A stretch of DNA of 63,092 bases, filler included, from Hyphochytrium catenoides (Eukaryota; Protista; Hyphochytriomycota), in assembly GCA_900088475.1 (NCBI GenBank). It is 14 parts of 14 records of this genome, joined end to end, with 100 filler letters (N's around TTAATTAATTAA, not from the genome) between each part and the next. Parts side by side here need not be neighbours in the genome. Positions count along the whole stretch, not along the records: positions 9,513 to 24,062 come from FLMG01003162.1; positions 24,163 to 25,816 come from FLMG01003808.1; positions 25,917 to 27,413 come from FLMG01000617.1; positions 27,514 to 29,664 come from FLMG01001981.1; positions 29,765 to 31,607 come from FLMG01001192.1; positions 31,708 to 35,113 come from FLMG01000140.1; 8 more parts are not named here. One strand, 5' to 3'. The notes beneath the pieces were generated by a model. That model was given only the letters and a program-made list of their open reading frames with translations, was not told the origin of the DNA and ran no database searches. The position numbers were made by a program, and so were the translations under genes. How positions within the stretch are numbered: the stretch's first letter is position 1; every line of letters begins with the position of its first letter. Shown in pieces: positions 21,956-33,500 of this stretch.

Positions 21956-23716
21956 TCAGGAGGAGAGGACCGACCTCCGAATAAACTCAATAACCAGCGC
22001 TGCGGGGCGATCCTCGAACTCCGCAAGTTCCTCAAGAGAGAGCCGCACTTGATCGCCATCTAACCTATTGAGCAATGCCACGCAGACAACTAGGAACTTG
22101 AGCTCTAAATGATGGCAGAAGGCAGCGAACTGCAGCGCTTCCATCTCAATATTCTTCACTCCTACGCCATGCGCCTGATGTAGGAAGTTCATCTTATCTT
22201 CTAAGGAATACTCGCATATCGCGCCGTCCAGTCTGCCCTGTCCTTCATAGAAATCATCGCAAGAGAGCGTCTTCCCGACCTCCGCGCCGATCTGCAGCTC
22301 CTTACTCAGCTGTCGAAGCTGCTCCACCAGCTGGACGTTGGCTGTCGTCTTGCGGCGGATGAGCTTTCCTAGGACAGGGAGAGAGAACTCGGACTCTAGC
22401 AACCCGTTTACGGCCTCAGAGGTGATGCAGACGGTTCCTGGTTCGACTCCGACTCCACCTGAGGTCCCGATCCGGATGAAAATTGGGTCCGAGGCTTCCG
22501 CATGATGGAGAAGTTTGGCCAGCTCGTGCAGAAGGATGGAGATGGAGGGCATGCCCATGCCGTGCTGGAGGGGAGAGAGTGAGATATGAGGAGAGAGNNN
22601 NNNNNNNNNNNNNNNNNNNNNNNNNNNNNNNNNNNNNNNNNNNNNNNNNNNNNNNNNNNNNNNNNNNNNNNNNNNNNNNNNNNNNNNNNNNNNNNNNNNN
22701 NNNNNNNNNNNNNNNNNNAGTGTACACACCAAAAAGACGAGGGAGAGAGAGAATCATAGCCCAAGACTCAAAATAGACCTTGACGAAGGCTCTTTAAAGC
22801 AGCCAAAGAGAAAGAAAGAGAGAAAGAGAGAGAGAGAGAGAAAGGAAAGGGGAGAGGCGGGACTAAAGAGATAGGTAAAAAGACTGACTTGGCCAAGAAA
22901 GGCTGACCATCCACGTGGTGCTCACATAAAGATGCAACACGACAGCCCAAGGAGAGACGGCAATCCGCGGTTGAACAAAAAAAAGAGAGAGAGCAGACGC
23001 ACTCACGTTAGCAACCAGGACAGGTCCCACTTTGTACATTGTATAGCGCTGCTGTTTGCCGATCGGCGTCAGAGCGTAGCCGAAGGGCGGCTCCACGCCC
23101 AGCTCCTGAGCAATTCTTTGAGCGACGCGGGTCATTCTCTCTGCTGTGCCGCCCAAACAGACAAACTGAGAGGGAAAAAAGGAGAGAGGACGCACGTAAG
23201 AGAAAGAGATGGCATGAGATGCTAAGAATGTAAGTAGAGCTCAAGTGACTAGATAATGCACCTTGAGGACTCAAAGGAGAGAGAGAAAAAAAAGAGAAAG
23301 AGGGAGAGAAGAGAGAGTGAGAGACAGAAGGAATAAAGAGAGAGAGAGACAGAGAGAGAGATGTATCTAGAGGACTCAAAGGAGAGAGAAAGAAAAAGAG
23401 AAAGAGTGAGAGCAGAGAGAGAGAGAGAGAGATAAAGAGAGAGAGAGAGAAGGAACAAAGAGAGAGAGACAGAGACAGAGACAGAAAAAGAAACAGAGAC
23501 AGAGAGATAAAAAGAAGAGGTAGAGAAGGAGAGAAAGAGAGAGAAGAAAGAGAGAGAGACAAGGAGAGAGACACAGAGAGAGGTCTCCACCTTAACATCG
23601 CCGAAGCGTTTCTTCCATAGTTCCTTCGCTGAGCGGCGGTAGGTCAGTCCAAGATGATAGAGCGCATCTGTGTCCACGTCCTGCACGTGTTGGTTCTTTA
23701 TCTGTACCTTCGCCAT
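21956..23716 (-). CDS. UPP1: Uridine phosphorylase, eukaryotic UPP1/2 type (exons 23716-23591, 23165-23007, 22564-21956)
   Basis: DALYHLGL, FGDVK|FVCLGG, RYTMYKVGPVL, HGMGMPSISILLHE, FIRIGTSGG, DDFYEGQGRLDGA, NIEMEA, LLNRLDGDQ. GT-AG junctions keep frame. Confidence 0.95.
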
Positions 23717-24162
23717 CCTTTCACACAGATGGCCGCCAGTTCGAGAGAGAGAGATGGAAGAGAGAGAGAGAGAGAAAGAGATGACTTACAGCGAAGACGG
23801 AATGCAAGCTATTACTTGCTCTAACGGTGGGCTGTCTAGGAAACGACAGAGACTCTGTCTCGCTTGAGCGTGTCCGAGAGTATTGAGAAATGCCTCACCG
23901 GGCTGCAGAAGAGATCAGACACCAGGAGCAGAGAAGAGGCCGCACAAGTGCATCCAAGAGAACCACATCAAGAGCGGCAGCAGAGAAATAGCGTGGTGAT
24001 GCAGACGCGGTGGGAGGAAACAAAGGAAAGAGGAGAAAAAGAGAAAAAGAAAGAGAGAGAGANNNNNNNNNNNNNNNNNNNNNNNNNNNNNNNNNNNNNN
24101 NNNNNNTTAATTAATTAANNNNNNNNNNNNNNNNNNNNNNNNNNNNNNNNNNNNNNNNNNNN

Positions 24163-25816
24163 CCGGTTGCCGGTGATATGATCTGTGGCACCGCTATCAA
24201 TGATCCACCGTCCTGCGGTGTTGCTCTCTGTGAAAGCCACTTTTGCTTTTGATTCTGGAACTGTGAGCCTTTTAGAGCTCTTGTCAGCTTCTGCTCTCAA
24301 CCATGCGTCACAGGGAAAATGAGGGTACAACATTCGCGTGGACGCACGCGATGTGTCTCTGTTTATGGTGATACGTCTCGCGTTATAAATTCGAGTTATG
24401 TTCATAAAAGCCCTTTCGCTTTATCTCTGACCCCTTTCATATCACCAAAGTACACAAAGAGCCAACCCAAAGAAGCAGCCCAGACAGTGATTAGTGAAAA
24501 ACCAAATAGTGAAATTTTGATCACAAACACACAGACAGACACACAGACAACACGAAAAAGTCCATTTGTGCTGAAGCCCCTGTGGGTTGAAATTGAGGCT
24601 CGCCCTTCGGGCTCGCAATAATATCGATAGAAGAAATGACCCTACAAGTTAGTGTTACGAGTACAAGAACTTGTACGACTAAATCAGTGGTCCAACAAGC
24701 ATCTTCCACTAATAATGCAGCCGAAGGCTGGATTACGCACTATTAACGTCGGGCGAGCCCTAGGTGTGTATAGAGTGTGACTACTGTACTACTGACAACG
24801 AACATTGTAGCACTCAATACTCCCCCTCATACCTAGCTTCTCCGGATCATCAGTGGTGAGGGTCGAATTAACTCACCTAATTGTCGGGCTCACTCACTCT
24901 TCCCCCCTCAGACGAAGCTAGGTGGGCAGTGGCAAGAGTACTGCCACTAGGAGGGAGCACTCCAAGGTGAGGACGCAGTGTCCGAAAGAGAGGTGCTTGA
25001 GACCTGCAATTTGCTCGGTGATGGGAGCAAAGAGGAGCATGTCATCAACGAAGACGCCGACGATCTCAAGGTCCTCAGGTCTCGAAGAGGGGCGCTTGAC
25101 GTATTATACCCCAAAGTCACAAACGCTGCGCTGGAACCTTGCTCAATCAGATAATGGTGCAGCGTGTCATTCCACATCTTGGGGCTCTGGCGGAGACCAT
25201 ATATCGACTTCTTCAACCTCCAGACGTGATCTTCTTGTCCAGGGGTTGCAAATCCCGGTGGTTGACGCATGTACACCTGCTCGTCGAGATTACCGTTCAG
25301 GAAGGCGGTCTTGATATCGACGTGATGCACTTCTAGGTCCAGCGTTGCGGCGAGCGAGAGAAGGCAGCGGACAGTGTCATGCCCTATCACTGGAGCAAAG
25401 ACCTCGCTAAAGTCAATACCTTGCTTCTGTCGATTACCAAGAGCGACTAGACGGGCCTTGTACTTGTCCACTGAGCCATCGCTATGATGCAACTTGACCC
25501 TAAAGATCCATTGAGAGCCGATAAGGTGAGCGCCGGGAGGTGGGGGCACTAGATCGTAAACCTCATGGGACTGCATTGATGTAAGCTCTGAGGTAATGGC
25601 GGCTAGCCATTATGTGGCATGAGGTCCAGAGAGTGCCTCGCGGACTGTTTTCGGTTCAGAGACATGCAGAAGACTAGCCTGGCCTACTGGAAAAGAGAGA
25701 GAGTCTTCTTGTAGCAGTCTATCACGACTACGAGTGATAGGACCGAGTGAAGAACTGATTGTGGTCGTGTTATAATGTATGGGATTTGAAGACACTCTTA
25801 GTTAGGTTATGTGGTC
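24163..25816 (-). mobile_element. Decayed and rearranged Ty1/copia LTR retrotransposon (RT fragment, PPT, putative LTR, protease fragment)
   Basis: EPKTVREAL..*W..AI.SEL.S, KYKARLVALG, VHHVDIKTAFLNG, LKKSIYGLRQSPKMWN, then a frameshift to VGVFVDDML with stops. No RNase H. PPT GAGGGGGAG (24828-24820) is followed by TATTGAG. Copia protease motif WIIDSGATDH at about 24210-24180. Confidence 0.92.
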
Positions 25817-27513
25817 NNNNNNNNNNNNNNNNNNNNNNNNNNNNNNNNNNNNNNNNNNNNTTAATTAATTAANNNNNNNNNNNNNNNNNNNNNNNNNNNN
25901 NNNNNNNNNNNNNNNNAGAAATTACACACTGGGTTGGAGTTATTGAATGTTGTTTGAACATCAATTAACAATCAATCAACAACGTTCAAAAGCAGACATT
26001 GTCTTCATGATAATGTGATGATGATGACCATCCGCCAGCACAAGAACAACGATAATAACGATCACGACGACGTTAAGTCTCTTCTGCGATGCGCCTCCTG
26101 CAGCAGTAAAACGACCTCTCCAATATTATGTAGGTGATGATGAACGTGCCGGTAATCTCTCAGCAGCAGCGGCGGCAGGCCAGGGGGAAGGGGTCATACC
26201 GCCCCTCCTGACGCCACACCACCCACTCAGAAAAGGAAGCTTCTTCGGCCGTTATTATTGTTAGTAGGTTGTCTTTGGAAGGAAAGCTGTCGTCGGGCTC
26301 AAGAAAGAAGTCATACTAGCATCTTGAAGTCTTAAGAATTATCGATCTAAGGAGCGTCCGGAGTGGAAGAGAATTGAAAACATTCTTCCCTTTGTTGGCG
26401 ATGGCGCTACTACTACTGATCGATAACGTCCACAGCCACTACCACGAGATCCTCATTACTATTAGTCAAATACTACTGGGTCGACGATACATACTGCTAG
26501 AGCCAGAACAATCCACCAGTTCTTACCCAGAGATATATGCTGAGGCGGAGCCGCTAAAAGAGTTAAGATGGGTTTGGCTTCCCCGCCGCCCTTCTTCTGA
26601 ACTTGCTGCTCTTCTTCTTCTACCACTGGCCGCCGGCGTGTCTCCTCCGCCCACCACCACCTACTAAGTTCTTCAGCCCAACAAGGCCATAACGAGTGAT
26701 GATGCAATGGGATTTGGCGGAAGGCGTCTTTTGTGCTTGGCTGATCGGGGTGGTGGATTGGCTGTTTCCTCATCAGCGCCACCAACAAAGGAGGCGGGGG
26801 TAGTCCTTTTAGAAGCGAAGGCTGATGCCATCATCCCATTGTGCCCTAAACTGCTATGGTGGAGTACTTCTAGCAAAGTTGTGGTTGCCGCAGTCATACA
26901 AGGTCGAAGGAGTCTTTGTGTCTTCTTTTTGTTGTTGGGTCTCGTTGCTTGTGTCCCACGGTACCTAAGCTTGCTTTCTTCTTCGATCGAGAGGTCAGCC
27001 GCCGCATCATTAGTTACCAAGCTTCTTCATCATCACGTACCCTCCCTCCGCTCAGCAGCTAACATCGTCGTTATGAACCGATACAAAGCAATGAAGTAGA
27101 CAGAAGGTAGGAAAAGGAACAGCAAATCGCTCAAGAGTTACACCTTCAAACAAGCTCATTGACCTCCAGCACTGTGTTCGTTGATGTCTCGAGGTTGCCT
27201 ACTTAGAACGACCAACAGCCAAACTTTATTGGCTACGTATGGTGCTGCATTCATCAACTGAACAGTACTCGAGCAACAAACTATATAATAATGACTGCCA
27301 CTAATAATAAGAAGAAGAAGAGGAAGAATTCATAAAAAAGAAGTAAAAGAAGAGGTAAAAGAAGAAGAAGGAGGAGGAGGAGAAGAAGAGGGAGAAGAAG
27401 AAGGAGAAGAAGANNNNNNNNNNNNNNNNNNNNNNNNNNNNNNNNNNNNNNNNNNNNTTAATTAATTAANNNNNNNNNNNNNNNNNNNNNNNNNNNNNNN
27501 NNNNNNNNNNNNN

Positions 27514-28148
27514 CAAAGACACACTTGGCGCTTCTGAGGAGCATCTGGAAGAGGAAATTGAAAAAGCGGTAGAAAGGATCAACATTATCCAGCCCACGGA
27601 AGGCGAGAAAGAGTCTAGGAAAAGGAGCTTTCGGACTGCGATCGGCAGCCCCACGGCCAATGAGACTGACAGTGCAAGAAAAGCGGTCGTCAGTGAGGGT
27701 CAAAGCATAGAAGAAGAAGAGGAAAATGGTAGCGATGAGGCATACATCCAGGGTAGGAAGGATGTCGCTTCTTTTGCTCTTGCCGTTCCGTACTATAAGA
27801 GTGTGAAGGGACGGTTTCCTTCTAGAGACGTTGTCGCTTAAATTGTTCTCTTTGTCTCGCTCTCTCTGACCAACTAATGACTCTTCGTAGAGTTAGGAAG
27901 AGAAGTACACCTAACAGGTGAAGATAACGAAAGAAGAGTTCAGCAAGACCGGTCTCTCTCAAGCCCCAGCAGTGAAAGCGATGAAGAGAACTCAATGGTT
28001 CGCGTTCTAAAGTTTTCTTCGTGTGGTTGTTTGTTGCCTCACATCGCTACTGTTTCTTTCCCTTCTGACTATTCTCTAGATCGATGCCTTCGAGAAGGAG
28101 CTCTTTGAAGATATGCAAGAACATGCAGAGGAAGATGAGGAGGATTGA
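27514..28148 (+). CDS. 3' end of a hypothetical gene with an acidic C-terminus (3 exons, truncated by contig start)
   Basis: KDTLGASEEHLEEEIEK...AYIQ | ELGREV...DEENSM | IDAFEKELFEDMQEHAEEDEED*. Two GT-AG introns preserve frame; TGA at 28146-28148. Confidence 0.6.
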
Positions 28149-30046
28149 GGCCTGAAGCCCCACTGCATATCACTTCACTTTTCTATCTGGGCCTTGTTTG
28201 AGTCTCTACGTCTGGTTATTGATGGCATAAAGGTCCGCTAGAGAGATGGGAACTGGTCTTCAACGACAATGCTCTCTACCTTTCCTTACCTCTTCCAAAC
28301 GGGAGAGTCTCACATCCCTTTGTATTGGCCTTTCTCTTATTTATTATCAGGAGAGTTGCCTCATCTTCACTCCTCTTAAGTCTTTATATAATGGACAAAA
28401 GCTCGCGGATAAGCATTTTCCAGACGCAGGCAAGCAGCTTGTTCATTGCGTAAGAGAAGAGAGAAAGCTGTCGCCCGTGTGCTGATGCAGAGAACTACTA
28501 CTTGATATAATGTGAAAAGGAGCGACGAGCGCTATGCAGGCAGGCGTAGAGTTCCTTTTGAGGGCTGAGCAGATAAAGGGACCGGACAAGTACAGAGAAG
28601 GGCCCCAAGAATCTTACGGAGAAACATATAGACGATAGTGATGGAAAGAGCATTGTATAGACGATACGGGAACCCGTCACTAACGGGCGGTGGTGAAGAC
28701 GAAGGAATGATTAGAAGGCTTACAACGAGCAGACTCCTTTGATCATACGGCAAAGACAAGGGAAAGCAGCGAGACTATTACCTCGATCCACCTTTGTAGG
28801 AGTTGGCCAAACAGCTGGGCTGAGCTTAGCCATGTCCTCTATCATCTATAGTCCTCCTTCTCGAGTAGAGGCGCTATAAGTTTTCGTGTCATTATCATTC
28901 ATTTTCTCCTCTTCAATCCCTTCGGTCACAGCATCTTCAGCACTTATCGTCAGTCATTACCAGGCCACGTGCACTGTCAAAAAATGAAGCGATACAGCTA
29001 ACCACTGGCGGCCCCAGCGAGTACTTTTATAATGCCTAAGAAGCTCATTGAGGCGTGTCGATGGTCTCAATTCACAGCTAGCTTTTCACAAGCCTTCATG
29101 CTAGCAAGAAGCGGGACGGAGGATAGGCATCGGCGGCCCGGCGAGTGTACAAGGAGTCATACAGGCAGAGCTACTTCTACAAATAATGAGTTCATCATGA
29201 GGTCAGAGACCTGTGAAGCACAGGGCCATGCCTGGTGAAGAGTCTCCAGCAACTACTCTGTACGCTCTTCTGTTTGAGCTTAACCAGCGCCCCTGTTAGT
29301 GCTGTGGAGCTGCCTGATGTGACGAGACCCTCAAGCAGCCCCGAAAACTCTGCTGCCATCTGACGCTGCCGTTGTATCCTAGGCGGCGGTGTGGCAGTTC
29401 CTGTGTCTCTCTCTCGCCCCTGTGTCTGTGCCTCTGCGCCTGGCTTGTATCAGCTCTTGTATCAGTGCCTAGCAGAGTCCGCCTCTGTCTCTCTGCCCGT
29501 GTGTCTCTGCCCTTGTGTCTTTGCCTGTGCGCCTGGGCCTGTGGCCGTGCCTCGCGCTCCGCCTCTGTGTCTCTGTCTCTCTCTCTCTCTGTGTGCCCTG
29601 GGGTGGCAGTGCCTTCACCATCAAAATTTGAAAATTCATAAGCCATCAGAAGCCCTACAGAGGANNNNNNNNNNNNNNNNNNNNNNNNNNNNNNNNNNNN
29701 NNNNNNNNTTAATTAATTAANNNNNNNNNNNNNNNNNNNNNNNNNNNNNNNNNNNNNNNNNNNNAAAGAAGCGAGAGAGAAAGGACTTAGAGAAAGACAG
29801 AGTCGGATCAAGAAGAGTGAACTCCGTCATAAAGGAGTAGTCGAGTCCGAGATGGCGCCATCGAAAAGATCTAGGACGAAATGAAGTCCCCGCAAAGGTA
29901 GAGAAAGAGGGAGATAGAGAGAGAGAGAGAGAGAGATAGATAGATAGATAGAGAGAGGGGAGAAGTGAGAGAGAAACAGTCAGACGGAGAGTGACCACCG
30001 CGAAGTGATTGCCGAAGGTGAAAAAAGAAAGTAGGGCGCACGTACA

Positions 30047-30537
30047 TAGACAGCAATATCTGCCAGCTGTCGGGCAATGCGTGTCGCTACTGCCAAGGGC
30101 AGAGGAGGAAGGTATTCCCCTTTCTCTTTCTCTTTTCGTTCTTTTTCACTCTTCCCTGTTCGGTTGCCCTTCTTCGTCTCATCGCGCTCTCCCTCCTCCT
30201 TCAGAGCGAAACTCTCCCTTTCCGAGGCGCTGTGTCTCGGCGGCGACGGGGACGAGTTCCCCGCACTACCATTTGCTCTAGTTCTCTTTCTCCTTAATAC
30301 CTTCTTCCTTTCTCCCCTAAGGCTGTCTCCCGCTTCACTTCCTTCCCTCTCTTGTTTATCATTTGTCAATCTTGAATGAGGACGAGTCGACGGGTCCTTT
30401 GATAAGTCTTCTCTCTCACTGGTGGGAGATGCTTCTCGCTTCTGCTCCTTCTTCTTCCCTTTCTTCAAGCTTCTCGGTGATATTGCCCTCAGAAGGCTAG
30501 AGAAGGAGTGTCGCTTGCCCTTTGGTATGGCATCCAT
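30047..30537 (-). CDS. Hypothetical charged low-complexity exon
   Basis: Open K/E/R/S-rich frame MDAIPKGKRHSFSSLLRAISPRS...RIARQLADIAVY ending at a gtacg donor, followed by a CT-rich intron-like tract. Confidence 0.45.
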
Positions 30538-33500
30538 CGCGTCTTCTGCCTACCGGTTTCTCTTTTCTTTCTCCTCCTGCTCAGCCCTTTCCCGTCTGCC
30601 GTTCCCTATAGCTAGTGCTAAGCTGCCAGCTAGATAAGGATATCATAGCTAATCGGAGAAGCTTGCTTCTCGAGAGGCATGGGCGGTCATCGCCTCTGTT
30701 CGGACGAGTGGCTCCGATGTGCTGCTGTGACAGCGCGCCTAAGTTAACTGCATGAGTTCTCTAGAATAGCAGAGAGCAGCAACATATTTCCACTTCTCTT
30801 CTATCGCAATCATCCTCATGCTCTCTGCTCCACCTTCCTCTTCTTCTTTCTGTCTGTCTTGCCTCAACTCTCTCTCTCTCTCTCTTCCCCCCTTCCCTCT
30901 CTCTCTCTCTCTCTCTGTCCGCTCTCTCCCCGCTCTCTCCCTCTCTCTCTCTCTCTCCTCCCCCTCTCTCCCCCTTTCCTCCCTCTCTCTTTCTTCCTCC
31001 CTTTGCGTTGGTTGCTCGGACTACCAACAAAGTTCTGATGCAGCTTCTGTAACGACCTCAGCGGGATGTCAACTTACAATTCCAAAATGGCAGTTCTTGC
31101 GTTCTGAGGAACTACAAGTACAGGTACACAGCAGTACAAAGCTTAGCGCTTTGCGAAAGGCAAATATCACCCAAGTAGCCTTTCAAATGATACTTACTTG
31201 CAATTAGAGTTAAAAGGCGAAGAGTTCTGGACCAATTTTACACAAGTATTGGACTTGAGGCTTTTCATAGGTAGAGGTGGGCTACTTGACTTATGGAGGG
31301 TACTTGCTTGTGTGATTCCCCGATAACGGTCAGTAATTCAAAGAGCTTCAAAATAGCGAGCGAAAGTGCGCCAACCTTGATGAACAAAGCTCCGCGCTCT
31401 GGCAAAGGTCAAAGTCTTGATGAAGATGATGCAATCGAGGGTTTAGGGGCAATTTGGAGCTGGCGCCTTGAAGACTTGGTCTATGTCAAGCTCAAAGTAG
31501 CGCTCTTCGTCAGAGGTTTACTCTCTTCCTCAGCAATGGAAACTTCTAACAAAGAAAACGCTCCTATCACTAATCAGGCTAGGAGAAACTCAACAGAGCG
31601 GGAAGGTNNNNNNNNNNNNNNNNNNNNNNNNNNNNNNNNNNNNNNNNNNNNTTAATTAATTAANNNNNNNNNNNNNNNNNNNNNNNNNNNNNNNNNNNNN
31701 NNNNNNNTAAGCAGTAGAATAGGGTACACGAAGATGTAGGGATGTAGGCAAGAGCAGCAAGAGACGAGGAGATTAGAGAAAGCACAGAGAGAGAGAGAGA
31801 AGAGAAGCTAGGATCGCTGATAGGAGCAGTCGGTTGTAGGAACAAGAAAGCAGTGACAGTCAGTCAGGATTTGGCTCTATCTTAATAACTCTAAAAACGC
31901 TATTTCCTGCTAGAAGGCCGCTCATTAGACTTACTGCCTTGAAGCTGCACTGAGGCTCTTCTGACTGTTGCACTGCCAGCTCAGATTAGTTCTCTTTGCG
32001 GATTCGTTATCGGTATCTGTCGGTCGATATCTGAAGTTTATCGTGGCTTCAGAAATCAGTCTGCAGATTCGATCCGTGGCGCAGTCTTGGCTAATACCGA
32101 GACTGTCTCAGATATCATAAACAGACCACACTATGACCTCTTATTATTTATCCGAGTTGGAGCTATGAGAGCGAGACAAGGGGTAGAGACAAAAGAGAGA
32201 TAATATCAGAGTGAGAATGAGACAGACGGATAGTGAGGAAAGCCACGAGCAAGTGCTAACGGAGAGGGGAACTGAAGGAGCCTCTTCCCTTCTATTGCAA
32301 GGTGGCGTTCCGGGAGAGATCAAGAGGTAGTGACGAACCAAAGGGAGACGAGACGAGCCTTGACGGAGAGCCAGAATGGAGAGAGACATAGTCAGGAGTC
32401 ACTGCGAGAAAGAAACAACAGAGAGAAACAACAGTGAAAGAGAAAAAGAGAGAGACAGACGGAATGGTGAGAAGGGAGATCAGCAGCAGGAGAGTCAGTC
32501 CTTTAGATAACTAGGGCTTGGAGTATGGATCTTCATTTACATACTAAAGGACACGGCCTTTTTACCCATACAACGATGGTGCTGGCCTTCGAAGCACAGA
32601 TGGCAGTGACACCCTGGTATTATTGTTGATGATTCTCAGTGCTTCCTAGGTAAGCGAGTCTCTATAAATGCATCAAGCAAGAGGCGTAGATCCACGAAAT
32701 GCAGGCCTTTTATAATACCGTCACTCTTCACTTGCTCAAGCAAACTCTCTGTCCATACCGGCACCATCTTTCTATAGAGAGCTGCATTATCATTGTGGTA
32801 TTGTTCCCCTTTCCTGCTTCCGTTCTCAGCACCTCGCTTCTCTGTGTGCCAAATAGTACGCAGGTGTCTTTATTTCTTCTTCCTTATTCCTCGTCCGCTT
32901 TCAATTTTCCACACTGCGGCAGAACTTCTTTCTTGTCACCGCCGTAACTTGCTGTGAGATCTTCCATCGTCCTATGTACAGTGAATTCCCCTGAACACGT
33001 GGCCTTGCAGGCTAAAGGGACTCACGCTTTAAACCAAAACAGCATGGGAAGGACAGAAGGGTTAGGGTTAGTTTATCAAAATGTGCTTTTGCCATTGGAT
33101 TTCCTGATGTCTCTTGAGAGCTTTATCGTTCCTGGGATTGGAGATATCTTCCCTAGAGGAAGGAGGCTCCAATAATCGACGCGCTACACAGAGAGCCACA
33201 TTCCTCCAGCAAGTCAGCACCTAGGCGTCAAGAGTGATGAAACAAAACGAGAAAGGATCAAAAGAGGAGAAAGGCCAGACGAAATGAAGGGACCTGGCAC
33301 ATACGAGGCATTGGCCGCCATGGGAAGACTGACGATTGGTCAGAGGAAAGGAGAGAGCCACGCACACGTGCCTGGAAAACTCTTTAATGGTGAGAGCAGA
33401 CCCACCTGACTAATCAATGTTCTAACTTTCCTGGCATCTCTTTTTCCTTTCATCACACCTCTGACACGTTGAAAGCACCAACTTTCTTACCAATAGGGCC

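Noticed and set aside
22438-22452. GGTTCGACTCC tRNA T-loop/B-box-like motif
   Set aside because: Inside the uridine phosphorylase exon; no cloverleaf.
18931-23716. SPS2 plus uridine phosphorylase as a functional cluster (selenouridine metabolism)
   Set aside because: Convergent neighbours in a compact eukaryotic genome; no SelU/YbbB gene seen and no evidence beyond adjacency.
11480-30553. TAG reassignment to a sense codon, suggested by TAGs inside protein-like frames (11482, about 30552)
   Set aside because: No in-frame TAG or TAA in any conserved exon, and SPS2 ends on TAG at the expected position. TGA is a normal stop in UPP and aroC, so the SPS2 TGA is site-specific recoding, not a code change.
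33059-33071. TTAGGG x2 (also CCCTAA x2 near 62375)
   Set aside because: Only two units; expected by chance.
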